From assembly GCA_964577785.1 (NCBI GenBank), contig CAZOAK010000001.1, positions 22,398-86,397 of the forward strand: a stretch of DNA of 64,000 nt, given 5' to 3'. The translations under genes were made by a program, and so were the position numbers. The stretch comes from an uncultured Candidatus Saccharibacteria bacterium. Lineage in GTDB: Bacteria; Patescibacteriota; Minisyncoccia; Phycocordibacterales; CAIRYW01. This document shows, piece after piece, positions 1-9,585 of the stretch (its first letter is position 1; each line of letters starts with the position of its first letter). The notes beneath the pieces were generated by a model. The model saw only the letters and a program-made list of their open reading frames with translations, ran no database searches and had not been told where the DNA came from.

Positions 1-1
1 C

Positions 2-664
2 ACAGAATTCCGTAAATGGGCAACTAAGACTCTCAAAGAACACATAACCAAAGGCTACACCATAAATCGTAAACAAATAACTAAAAACTACGATGCCTTC
101 ATGAAATCAGTAGGGGATATTCAAGCACTTCTACCCGAGCACATGAGTTTGGACCCAAAATCTATTCTAGAATTAGTTAAAGAGTTCGGTAGTACATGGA
201 TGTCTCTCGATGCTTATGACAAAGACGCTTTGACAACTGTCGGTAAAACTAAAAAATCAATCAAATTTACAGGTCAGGAATTAACAAATGCGATTCAAAA
301 TCTGCGTACTGAACTCATGAGGAAAGGTGAGGCGACAGATATATTTGCCCAAGAAAGAGCGAATGGGAATATTGAGGGCATAGTTGGTAACGTCATGCAA
401 TCATTCGGTGGTAAGCCGGTATATAAAACAGCTGAAGAAAAATCAGCCAACCTCCTGTATTTCATGGTCAAGAACCACCCATTTGTGGACGGCAACAAAC
501 GTTCAGGAGCTTTCGCATTTATTTGGTTTTTGCGTAAAGTTAAAGTTAAAACGATGAGAAATATTAATCCATCGGCACTGACAGCACTGACACTTCTTAT
601 TGCAGAAAGTGATCCAAGTAAAAAGGATCAAATGGTTGCGCTAGTGACTCAGATGTTGAAATAA
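2..664 (+). CDS. RhuM/Fic-Doc family protein, 5'-truncated by window edge
   Basis: Frame is open from base 2 (TEFRKWATKTLKEHITKGY, RhuM-like); Fic/Doc motif HPFVDGNKR. Confidence 0.85.
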   Translation, partial: TEFRKWATKTLKEHITKGYTINRKQITKNYDAFMKSVGDIQALLPEHMSLDPKSILELVKEFGSTWMSLDAYDKDALTTVGKTKKSIKFTGQELTNAIQNLRTELMRKGEATDIFAQERANGNIEGIVGNVMQSFGGKPVYKTAEEKSANLLYFMVKNHPFVDGNKRSGAFAFIWFLRKVKVKTMRNINPSALTALTLLIAESDPSKKDQMVALVTQMLK

Positions 665-671
665 ATTTTTT

Positions 672-701
672 CATTTACCCATTCATACGAATGGGTAAAT
701 G
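672..701. repeat. 30-bp palindrome (REP-like/terminator), copy 1
   Basis: catttacccattcatacgaatgggtaaatg; 29/30 identical to 48871-48900. Confidence 0.85.
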
Positions 702-740
702 CATTGTGGGTGTTTGTTGGGAGGGGAGAGTGTTTGTTTA

Positions 741-1189
<449 letters not shown>

Positions 1190-1299
1190 CACTTTCTGCG
1201 TCCTTGTCATTAACTCATACCCTAGCGGTGTGAGTTTTTTTATTTTAATATTTTTTCATATGTTATAATTGCTATTATTAAATATTTACTAATTTTTAT

Positions 1300-1827
1300 A
1301 TGTCAAAAACAACAATTGGTATTTTTGCAGGAATAGTGGTGATTGTAGTTGCTGGATATTTTGGTTTTAGTTCTAAAAGTGATGATGTGAGTGATTCAGA
1401 AAAGGGTGAGATGATGGAGAATAATTCTGGTAAGAAAATGGCGTTCTCTGAATTTATTAAGCAGGGTGGGTCATATGAGTGTACAGTGAATCAGAATGTC
1501 TCTGGTACTGATACAAAAGGCACAACATTTATTTCTGGAGGAAATATCCGCGGTGAATATAATACAAAAACTCAAGGTATGAGTATCGATACTAATTTTA
1601 TTGTGAAGGACGGGTATAGTTATACATGGACTTCAATGATGCCAAATATTGGTTTTAAAACTAAGGTTGTAGCTAGTGCTGATGCTAATATAAATGCACC
1701 GACATCGGGGCAGTATAGCTTTAATGCAGAGCAAATAGGGGATTATGAATGTAAAGCGTGGAATGCAGACGAATCAAAATTTGCGATTCCAAGTACAATC
1801 AAGTTCCAGGATATGAGTGGGAAGTAG
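1300..1827 (+). CDS. Membrane-anchored/secreted hypothetical protein
   Basis: N-terminal hydrophobic helix, 175-aa ORF, two Cys. Confidence 0.75.
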   Translation: MSKTTIGIFAGIVVIVVAGYFGFSSKSDDVSDSEKGEMMENNSGKKMAFSEFIKQGGSYECTVNQNVSGTDTKGTTFISGGNIRGEYNTKTQGMSIDTNFIVKDGYSYTWTSMMPNIGFKTKVVASADANINAPTSGQYSFNAEQIGDYECKAWNADESKFAIPSTIKFQDMSGK

Positions 1828-1852
1828 AGTGGGGGATAATTGAGAATGATTG

Positions 1853-1888
1853 AAGCCGGAGTTCTGTGCGCACAGAACTCCGGCTTTT
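1853..1888. terminator. Hairpin terminator
   Basis: aagccggagttctgtg-cg-cacagaactccggctt followed by T run. Confidence 0.8.
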
Positions 1889-1889
1889 G

Positions 1890-2090
1890 AAACCTACTTT
1901 CTCCTTTCTATCTCCTGTCGATTATATTCCATTCTCGACTGTTTATAGTCGCGCCTCGGAGCCTACAGTTGTAACTGTGTTCGTAACCACGAGACTGCAC
2001 CCAACAATTCTTCACAGGGGTATACCCTAGTTTCCACTGTGTTACCAGATCAGAAAGCGACTTCGTACATAGGAACGAACTTAAGCCAGT
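1890..2090 (-). ncRNA. Candidate structured ncRNA (copy A)
   Basis: Minus-strand promoter (ttgagt 2121-2116, TGn-tatttt 2099-2094), no long ORF, several hairpins, motifs shared with 9301-9585. Confidence 0.5.
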
Positions 2091-2166
2091 ATTAAAATAG
2101 CATATTGGACCTCATACTCAAAATGTTAGAAATCTGTATGTTAGAGATTTATGATATTATTTATAT

Positions 2167-3942
2167 ATGAAATTTCAAAGACTTCAAAATAGAAAATTTA
2201 TAAGAAGAATTCAGATTTTGGCAGTATTAGTTGTATTTGTTTTGCCGTCTGCACTATCGGCTGAAGTTGTTCAATATGGATTGAATACCGCATCACTTTC
2301 AGAACAAGGAGAGAAAATATTAAATTTCTATAGTGATATTAATTTGAAAGCCGATGCGACAGTGGAAGTGGTTGAAACTATAAGAGTGATTGCATTAGGT
2401 CAAGAAATAAAACGCGGTATCTACCGAGATTTTCCAACCAAGTATCAAGACAGATATGGCAATAGTCATAATGTAGGATTCGAAATTCTCAGTGTCACGA
2501 GAGACGGAGTAACAGAAGATTATCATACTGAGAATATGGATAATGGAATTCGGGTGTATTTCGGTAATGCAGATGTTTATTTAACTCTGGGGGTTTATAC
2601 ATACCAATTTACTTATAAAACTGATAGACAGGTAGGATATTTTGAGGGTCATGATGAATTCTATTGGAATGTGACGGGTAATGGCTGGGTATTTCCTATT
2701 GATAATGCAAGTGCCCGCGTTACATTGCCTCAGATTGTAAATAAAGAATTATTGACCGCATCTGGATATACAGGTCCAGAAGGTTCCAAAGCGGCAGATC
2801 TAGTGACACTACCTGAAGAATCTTCGGCTACATTTATGACTACTAAACCACTTAATGCCCATGAAGGTCTGACGATTGTTTTGGAATTCCCAAAGGGAAT
2901 AATTCACGAGCCAACTAATTGGGAGAATTTTAAATATTTTTTGAGAGATAATTATGTCGTAGGGATAGATATAATTTTGCTTATTTTGGTATTTATGTAT
3001 TTTTATAATATATGGAATAAGGTAGGAAGGGATCCACGGTCTCGATCAATTATTCCACAGTATGAATCTCCAAGAGGATTATCTCCTGGGTCTGTTCGGT
3101 ATGTTTCAAAGATGGGATTTGATAAAAAGTCACTCGTTGCAATTATTATTAATTTAGCAGTAAAAGGATGTATAAAGATAGACGAAGAGAAAAGTAAGTA
3201 TAAGTTAACCTTATTTAATAAGGAAAATGTGAAATTAAGTGTTGAAGAGGAGATACTAATGAAACACTTTTTTGAAGGTGGAGATACTTTTGAAATAAAA
3301 CAGACAAATTATGAAAAGATGATGAAGTGTGAGAGAGATATAAGTATAGGTTTGAACAAGGAGCATGGAGATACTTTTTTTGAAAACAATGGTTGGTATA
3401 TAGCAAAAGGTGCAGGATTTGCGTTTATTGCAATATTTATAATTATAATACTAAGATCATTTCAAAGTGGAATAGTGACACTTATCACAGTGTTGTGCCT
3501 TATTGCTATAACATCAATTTTCTTTAGAATTATTCCTCGCCGTACAGTATTGGGTAGACAAGTTCAAGACGAGATAGAAGGATTCAAAATGTTTCTTGCT
3601 GTCACTGAAAAGGATCGAATGAATTTCCATAATCCACCAGAGAGAACTCCGGAATTATTTGAAAAGTTTTTGCCTTTTGCTTTAGCACTTGGAGTGGAGA
3701 ATAAATGGGCGGAACAATTCGAAGATGTATTTAATAAGCTTGGTCCAGATGGATATAGTCCTACTTGGTATCATGGGAATGCACTTTCTGTTGGGACTCT
3801 TAGTGGATTTACAAACAAAATGTCTAGCGGAATGAGTAGTACTATATCTTCTTCATCTACTCCTCCTGGGTCATCCTCTGGTTCTGGTGGAGGAGGTTCA
3901 AGTGGTGGTGGAGGCGGAGGAGGGGGTGGTGGGGGATGGTAA
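2167..3942 (+). CDS. DUF2207 family membrane protein
   Basis: GIYRDFP, YWNVTGNGW, LPFALALGVE..WA, C-terminal Ser/Gly tail ending GGGW. Confidence 0.9.
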   Translation: MKFQRLQNRKFIRRIQILAVLVVFVLPSALSAEVVQYGLNTASLSEQGEKILNFYSDINLKADATVEVVETIRVIALGQEIKRGIYRDFPTKYQDRYGNSHNVGFEILSVTRDGVTEDYHTENMDNGIRVYFGNADVYLTLGVYTYQFTYKTDRQVGYFEGHDEFYWNVTGNGWVFPIDNASARVTLPQIVNKELLTASGYTGPEGSKAADLVTLPEESSATFMTTKPLNAHEGLTIVLEFPKGIIHEPTNWENFKYFLRDNYVVGIDIILLILVFMYFYNIWNKVGRDPRSRSIIPQYESPRGLSPGSVRYVSKMGFDKKSLVAIIINLAVKGCIKIDEEKSKYKLTLFNKENVKLSVEEEILMKHFFEGGDTFEIKQTNYEKMMKCERDISIGLNKEHGDTFFENNGWYIAKGAGFAFIAIFIIIILRSFQSGIVTLITVLCLIAITSIFFRIIPRRTVLGRQVQDEIEGFKMFLAVTEKDRMNFHNPPERTPELFEKFLPFALALGVENKWAEQFEDVFNKLGPDGYSPTWYHGNALSVGTLSGFTNKMSSGMSSTISSSSTPPGSSSGSGGGGSSGGGGGGGGGGGW

Positions 3943-3984
3943 ATCCAGCACTAAATTTTTTGCAATAAAAATTTAGTGCTGGAT
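3943..3984. repeat. Palindromic repeat atccagcactaaattttt...aaaatttagtgctggat, copy 1
   Basis: Near-identical copy at 25415-25454. Confidence 0.85.
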
Positions 3985-3998
3985 AAATATAAATAAAA

Positions 3999-4238
3999 AT
4001 GAGTACTAAACTTTTAATCGATGTTAGATCTGAAGATGAATTTGAGGGTGGGCACAGAGACGGTGCTGTGAATGTTCCAATTGAAAATATTATGTCTGGA
4101 GATCTTGGGGTCATTGCCACTTTGCCAAAGGATACAGAAATACAATGTTATTGTGCATCTGGTGCCAGATCGGCGGTAGTTAAACAAATTCTAAATCAGA
4201 ACGGATACATGAATGTTACAAATCTTGGAGGATTATGA
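3999..4238 (+). CDS. Rhodanese-like domain protein
   Basis: LIDVRSEDEFEGGH, YCASGARS, NLGG. Confidence 0.9.
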   Translation: MSTKLLIDVRSEDEFEGGHRDGAVNVPIENIMSGDLGVIATLPKDTEIQCYCASGARSAVVKQILNQNGYMNVTNLGGL

Positions 4239-4265
4239 TTCTGTAAATGGGTGTATAATTGAGAT

Positions 4266-4850
4266 ATGACTTATATTCTAAATCTTTTGAAAAAACACAG
4301 GTTCGCAATACTCAGCGCCATTATTATTTGTAGTCTTGTCGCAATTGTTGAACTCAGTACTGGGCGATCTCCATTAGGTCCTGATGGTAAATTCGGTTGG
4401 TGGGATGGAAATATTTGGGGTAGTGAGAATTCTCAACGAGTGGCTGATGCATATTCGTTTTCTCACATAATTCACGGAATCTTATTTTATGCTTTTCTTT
4501 GGCTTGTAGCACGGAAGCTCCCAATGAAATATCGTTTTGTCATTGCGCTTATTATGGAGGCCGGTTGGGAACTTCTAGAAAATTCTCCATTTATAATTAA
4601 TCGATATCGTGAGGCGACAATCGCACAGGGTTATATCGGAGATAGTGTTTTGAATTCTGTGTGCGATGTTCTAATGGTTGTTATAGGATTCCTTATTGCG
4701 CGATTCTATAAAGTCTGGGTAAGTATCGCGCTTATAATTATTATGGAGCTCGGTTGTCTGTTTTGGATTCGAGATAATTTAACTTTAAATGTGGTGATGC
4801 TAGTTCATCCAGTAGAATCAATCAGGGATTGGCAGTCTGAGGGACATTAA
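4266..4850 (+). CDS. DUF2585 family membrane protein
   Basis: NSQRVADAYSFSHIIHG, WELLENSP.II.RYR, IRDNLTLN. Confidence 0.85.
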   Translation: MTYILNLLKKHRFAILSAIIICSLVAIVELSTGRSPLGPDGKFGWWDGNIWGSENSQRVADAYSFSHIIHGILFYAFLWLVARKLPMKYRFVIALIMEAGWELLENSPFIINRYREATIAQGYIGDSVLNSVCDVLMVVIGFLIARFYKVWVSIALIIIMELGCLFWIRDNLTLNVVMLVHPVESIRDWQSEGH

Positions 4851-4977
4851 ATTAAGTATTCAATTTTCAAGTTATCAATTTTCAATTCTGTAAGGGTAAC
4901 ATGATTAGTACGTCTTAAATTATGAGATATAAAATTATTACATAATTATTATTAACTACTTAACTTTTTCTAACGGG

Positions 4978-5832
4978 ATGAATAAAAACACAACATACAC
5001 GATTTTAGCTTTTTCAATCCTAATTACTTTAGGCCTACTTTTTGTTGGTATTTATAAGAATAAATCAGTTGCAGTAACTACATACAATGAATGTGTTTTG
5101 GCTGGTTATCCAATTCTAGAGACATATCCAGAGCAATGTAAAACTCCAGATGGTAAGACATTTGTACGACCAATAACACCCCCTGTAAATTCTGGAACTA
5201 CAAATAAAGATATAGGGGATGATTTGGTTCTTGATAACATCACATATAATCAAATAGTTACAAGTCCTCTAGTCATTACGGGTAAGGCACGCAATTTATA
5301 TTTTGAGGGATCATTCCCAATTAAACTTCTTGATTCTAAAGGAAATATTTTGGCACAGGTGCCTGCACAAGCACAGGGGGAATGGATGACTAATGAATTT
5401 GTTCCATTTAAGGCGAACATAACATTTAAGGCACCGGTTCAAGGTGGTGCGGGAACACTTATATTTCAAAACGATAATCCGTCAGGAATTCCAGAGAATC
5501 TAAGAGAGCTTATAATTCCAGTTAGATTTGCTTCTACTGTATCAAGTGTTGCTAAATTTGATACAAATATAAGTATGGAGATTGGAAACAAAATAACTTT
5601 TCCTGACACATTGGTTGTCGAGTTGGAAAACATTGAGGATTCTCTGTGTAAACCTGATGTTCAATGTATCTGGGCAGGAGAATTAAGTCCTGTACTCAGA
5701 GTAGGGAAAGCGCGTAGTATTGTCCGCCTTGGCACATCAACTAAAACTTCTGTTACATTTGGTAACTACACCTTCACCTTGAATAGTGCGACAGAGACAG
5801 TTGCAAATATATCTGTAAAGAAAAATAATTAA
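4978..5832 (+). CDS. Membrane-anchored protein with Gmad2 Ig-like domain
   Basis: N-terminal TM; SPLVITGKAR..FEGSFP..EWMT.EFVPF..DNPSG. Confidence 0.75.
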   Translation: MNKNTTYTILAFSILITLGLLFVGIYKNKSVAVTTYNECVLAGYPILETYPEQCKTPDGKTFVRPITPPVNSGTTNKDIGDDLVLDNITYNQIVTSPLVITGKARNLYFEGSFPIKLLDSKGNILAQVPAQAQGEWMTNEFVPFKANITFKAPVQGGAGTLIFQNDNPSGIPENLRELIIPVRFASTVSSVAKFDTNISMEIGNKITFPDTLVVELENIEDSLCKPDVQCIWAGELSPVLRVGKARSIVRLGTSTKTSVTFGNYTFTLNSATETVANISVKKNN

Positions 5833-5921
5833 TCTATATTATTTTAATATCCTACAGAATACTGGAATGATAAAACAAGGGGTGTGTATCAATAGAAGTG
5901 GTTTTTTGCTATGATTCAAGG

Positions 5922-6494
5922 ATGAAAATCAAATCAGCTGTATTCATGAGAGGGGTAAAGGGGGATAATGATATCCTGGACGATGGTGTGCCTCAGGTGG
6001 CCTTTATAGGGCGTTCTAATGCTGGTAAATCATCTCTCATCAATTCTTTTACAGGTATTAAGGATCTAGCAAGGACGAGTGCTACTCCGGGGCGGACTCA
6101 AGAATTAAATGTTTTTATGATTAATAAAAGCCACTATTTTATTGACCTTCCTGGGTATGGATTCGCTAAAACTACTTTTGAAGCATGGCAGAAGCTTAAC
6201 AAAATGATCTATTGGTATTTGTTTGATTCAAAACATAATCCAAAAGTAGTTTTGATTATTGATGCAGAGATAGGTCCGACATTGGATGACCTTGGTATGC
6301 TTAAATTCCTAGAGGAAAGAGGTAGAGAGATTGTAATCGTAGCAAACAAAGTGGATAAAATAAAAAAATCTCAGTATTTAAATCAGCTTAAAAAGATTGG
6401 TGAAAAAATTGTCGGTCACAAAATAATTCCTTATTCTTCTAAAACTAAAGTGGGAATTGGAGAGTTGTCTGATGAATTGTTAGGAAGAAGATAA
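5922..6494 (+). CDS. ysxC: Ribosome biogenesis GTPase YsxC/EngB
   Basis: GRSNAGKSS, TPGRT, DLPGYG, NKVD; ATG 5922 is 6 nt after tatgat. Confidence 0.93.
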   Translation: MKIKSAVFMRGVKGDNDILDDGVPQVAFIGRSNAGKSSLINSFTGIKDLARTSATPGRTQELNVFMINKSHYFIDLPGYGFAKTTFEAWQKLNKMIYWYLFDSKHNPKVVLIIDAEIGPTLDDLGMLKFLEERGREIVIVANKVDKIKKSQYLNQLKKIGEKIVGHKIIPYSSKTKVGIGELSDELLGRR

Positions 6495-6523
6495 ATAATA
6501 AAATATAAAAAAACTACTCGATA

Positions 6524-6871
6524 CTAGATCGAGTAGTCGTGCTCAATGGTCTGACTCATATCCCAAGTGTAATTATCACTGTCTTGCCACAATCGAATCA
6601 TGTACGGCACTCTGCCGACAATTTCTTGAAGAATTATTATCCTCGTCTTGTCTGGAAGTGTGAAAATCGCGTTGATAGCTATCGAATTTCCAAAACTTTT
6701 CATTTTCTGGTAGTAACGATACGTCAATTCGAAGTAAACTTCAGGAGTGATTTGTTCTATGATTTGATCAAACAGTAATCTATTGCAACGGCAGTCACCG
6801 TTTAGATATGCTCGGTTAGTGCCATTTTTCCAACCACCTGGTTCGGGAGAAGAACGAATTATTCTAGACAT
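6524..6871 (-). CDS. Hypothetical protein
   Basis: 115-aa ORF with own promoter-like sequence; no recognisable domain. Confidence 0.55.
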   Translation of the reverse strand: MSRIIRSSPEPGGWKNGTNRAYLNGDCRCNRLLFDQIIEQITPEVYFELTYRYYQKMKSFGNSIAINAIFTLPDKTRIIILQEIVGRVPYMIRLWQDSDNYTWDMSQTIEHDYSI

Positions 6872-6987
6872 ACTGTATACATAGTACCAATATGAGAGTA
6901 AAGAAACAAATTTTGTTTATTTGCTTTTAATTTGTGATTCATTCTATAATTACTATGTCAGATTTACTATTTAATCACACTAATTTT

Positions 6988-7152
6988 ATGATGAAATATT
7001 ATGGACATGGATTTGAGTATGGTGGAATGATGGGGTCATCAATTATTTGTTCCTTGATTTCTGCGGTTGTATTTATTGATCTCGTACTTTTGGGAATTTG
7101 GCTTTGGAAGAAAATAGAAAATGAAAAGAGTAGAAATCACAAGTCAGAATAA
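6988..7152 (+). CDS. Small membrane protein
   Basis: MMKYYGHGFEYGGMMG then one TM (LVLLGIWLWKKI); terminator follows. Confidence 0.65.
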   Translation: MMKYYGHGFEYGGMMGSSIICSLISAVVFIDLVLLGIWLWKKIENEKSRNHKSE

Positions 7153-7156
7153 AAAA

Positions 7157-7179
7157 CAAAACCGCCTTAAGGCGGTTTT
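7157..7179. terminator. Hairpin terminator
   Basis: aaaaccgcc-ttaa-ggcggtttt. Confidence 0.75.
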
Positions 7180-7206
7180 GTTTTTTGGGAATGATATAAT
7201 ATCCCA

Positions 7207-7791
7207 ATGAATATTTTTGGTAGTAATTTAACGCGAACTTTCTATGTTGGTCAAAGTGAAATACCAGTTTTGGTCTGTGCTAGAAAGGGGTCTAAAAAAA
7301 TAAATATTACAGTCAGGACAGACGGAACAGTTAGGGTTACTCACCCGCGTTTGGTCAGAAATAGTTATATTATGAAGTTCGTAGAATCAAAATCTGAATG
7401 GATTGAATCCAAGGTAAAATATTTTAAGAATAGAAACCCTATTTTAAGTCTTAAGCACAAAAGGTTAGAATACATAAAGTATTCTGAAAAGGCTATCGTT
7501 TTGGTAAAGGAAAGATTAAAATATTTTAATCAGTACTACAATTTAGAATATAAGAATATTTCAGTCAAAAATCAAAAGACTAGATGGGGGAGCTGTTCGT
7601 CTAGAAAAAACCTATCATTTAATTACAAAATAATTTTTTTACCGCCAGAGTTGCAAGACTATTTAGTAGTTCACGAATTATGCCATTTAAAAGAAATGAA
7701 TCACTCCAAAAAATTTTGGAATTTAGTGGGAGAGAAGATTTTGGATTATAAAAAGTTAAGTAAGTCACTTAGGATTGGTGATTTTAAATAA
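7207..7791 (+). CDS. YgjP/M48-like metal-dependent hydrolase
   Basis: QKTRWGSCS, DYLVVHELCHL.E.NHS..FW. Confidence 0.9.
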   Translation: MNIFGSNLTRTFYVGQSEIPVLVCARKGSKKINITVRTDGTVRVTHPRLVRNSYIMKFVESKSEWIESKVKYFKNRNPILSLKHKRLEYIKYSEKAIVLVKERLKYFNQYYNLEYKNISVKNQKTRWGSCSSRKNLSFNYKIIFLPPELQDYLVVHELCHLKEMNHSKKFWNLVGEKILDYKKLSKSLRIGDFK

Positions 7792-7792
7792 T

Positions 7793-8065
7793 ATGGACTA
7801 TTACGTTTATATTTTAGAATGCGCGGACAAGACTTTATATATTGGATCAACTAATGATCTTAAGAAAAGAGTTGTAGCTCACAATACTTTAAAAACTGGC
7901 GCGCATTACACAAAAATCAGAAGACCTGTAACACTTAAATATTCTGAGAAGTTTAAAACTAAAAGCGAGGCAATGAAAAGGGAGTGTGTTTTGAAGAAAT
8001 TAACTAGGAAAGAAAAATTGAAATTAATTAATAAAAAACCTCACTCGACGACGAATCGCGAGTGA
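7793..8065 (+). CDS. GIY-YIG nuclease family protein (YhbQ/UPF0213-like)
   Basis: YVYILEC.D..LYIGST.DL..R...HN, AHYT..RRPV. Confidence 0.9.
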   Translation: MDYYVYILECADKTLYIGSTNDLKKRVVAHNTLKTGAHYTKIRRPVTLKYSEKFKTKSEAMKRECVLKKLTRKEKLKLINKKPHSTTNRE

Positions 8066-8084
8066 GGGTTGATTGTTGAGGGTG

Positions 8085-8429
8085 TTACTCCTTGGGCTTA
8101 ATGACGTCGGAATGAAGCGAATCCCAAAGCGCTAGAATATCCAAACACTTTTTGGTAACGCGAGCGGTAACTTTTCTACGGTCATCCACGGCATGTATGC
8201 GTTCAACATAGCCCAGTTTCTCCATTCGGTCGATCATTCCGGTGGTAGCAGCTGTGGTGTGTCCCATTTTCCGAGCAATGTCGGTCATTGTGATTGATTT
8301 GTCATTTTCACTCGGTGAGGCCAGCCATTTTAGGAGGCACATTTGGCTTAATGTAATGCCTCCAGTTTTCTGCGACCATGCATTGAGTGAGAGCATGAAG
8401 ATGCTCATCTCGAGTGTCAGTGTTGTCAT
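8085..8429 (-). CDS. MarR-family transcriptional regulator
   Basis: wHTH TMTDIARKMGHTTAATTGMIDRMEKLGYVER...DDRR. Confidence 0.85.
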   Translation of the reverse strand: MTTLTLEMSIFMLSLNAWSQKTGGITLSQMCLLKWLASPSENDKSITMTDIARKMGHTTAATTGMIDRMEKLGYVERIHAVDDRRKVTARVTKKCLDILALWDSLHSDVIKPKE

Positions 8430-8795
8430 TTGTCAGTAAACCTCCAAAGGAGGATTTGGTATTTTGCTTGTGCGCTTCCTAGTGAGAGAAGCTTTGTGAC
8501 TAACCGCGCTCACTCGCGGGCCGCATCCGGGGATATGCTACAAATTACTCTGTAGCACTCCAAGTTTTTTATTGGGCAAGGGTTGTATTCTGATTTGAGA
8601 CCAGAGCAACTAGTTGTTTTACCCCAATTCACCTTGGTACAGACGGCTTTTTACTACCTCCTCAACAATTTTATATGAAGCGAAGGCAGAGATCGGTTTA
8701 CATATATTTCTACATATAAAACAAGCTCCACCTTCGCGTTAAAAAGAACATTGTTTAACCGCTAGTATTATGGCATTATTTTAACCAAAAATCAA
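8430..8795 (-). promoter_or_regulatory. Promoter, boxA-like motif and about 330-nt structured leader of MarR gene
   Basis: ttgatt-17-cataat (8795-8767); tgttctttttaac 8750-8738; chain of hairpins. Confidence 0.6.
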
Positions 8796-8861
8796 TAGTT
8801 CGAGCAAAAACTTAGTCCCTTTCAAAATGGAAACTATTTTAATTTGTACTATAATTGAGTG

Positions 8862-9278
8862 ATGAATAAAGATAAAAAAATTGTGTCTCTGTTTATATTA
8901 TCAATTTTAGGTTTTTGGTTTTCTGGATATTTGAGCGGAATAAAGTTTTTGAGTGAGACGTGTGCATTCGGTGAGTCATGCCCATATTTTTTGGGATATC
9001 CTGCATGCTATTTTGGTTTTATAATGTTTACTTTATTATTAATATTTAGTTTTGGATTGACATTTGGCAGAGTAAATATTCAAACTGGGATAAAGGGAGT
9101 TATGTCTGTATCATTTCTTGGAATATTATTTGCTGGATATTTCACACTATATGAGATTCCGGTTTTATTCCAAAAAGGTTTGAGTGCTTATGTATTAGGG
9201 CTTCCTACTTGTGCATTAGGACTTATATTTTATGTTCTAGTATTCTGCATTGGGATATCTGCTAAGAAAAAATATTAA
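8862..9278 (+). CDS. VKOR/DsbB-like four-TM membrane protein
   Basis: CAFGESC loop, PACYFG, PTCALG, four hydrophobic segments. Confidence 0.55.
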   Translation: MNKDKKIVSLFILSILGFWFSGYLSGIKFLSETCAFGESCPYFLGYPACYFGFIMFTLLLIFSFGLTFGRVNIQTGIKGVMSVSFLGILFAGYFTLYEIPVLFQKGLSAYVLGLPTCALGLIFYVLVFCIGISAKKKY

Positions 9279-9300
9279 ATTATTTAAATTTTGGGTAACG

Positions 9301-9585
9301 AAAACCGCTCAACACAACGAAAGTTGGATGAGCGGCTCGATTTACCATTGTGGGTTTACACTTGTAAACCTATAGGAACTTCTTGGGACGTACTTCGTCC
9401 TCGGAGCGAATCTAGTCTCTGCTTTAGGGGCTTCGATAAGATCCATATCCTATTTCACAGTACGCGAGCTGCATACTGAGATAAGGGAATTGGTGATCCC
9501 TGGAATGTACAATGCGGAAAGTTAACCGCGTTTCTAATTATCATCCGGACTAGGGATAGGGGAAGGGAAAAAGTCCGAACTTAAA
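9301..9585 (-). ncRNA. Candidate structured ncRNA or 3' trailer of lysozyme gene (copy B)
   Basis: Consecutive hairpins ending in ccgctca...tgagcggtttt; motifs shared with 1890-2090. Confidence 0.5.

Noticed and set aside
3830-3942. Ser/Gly low-complexity G-rich tract
   Set aside because: Normal C-terminal tail of DUF2207 proteins
9561-9582. ggaaaaagtccgaac and acagaactccggctt (1872) resemble RNase P RNA ends
   Set aside because: They are 7.7 kb apart in the wrong order; one abuts a CDS and the other is half of a palindrome
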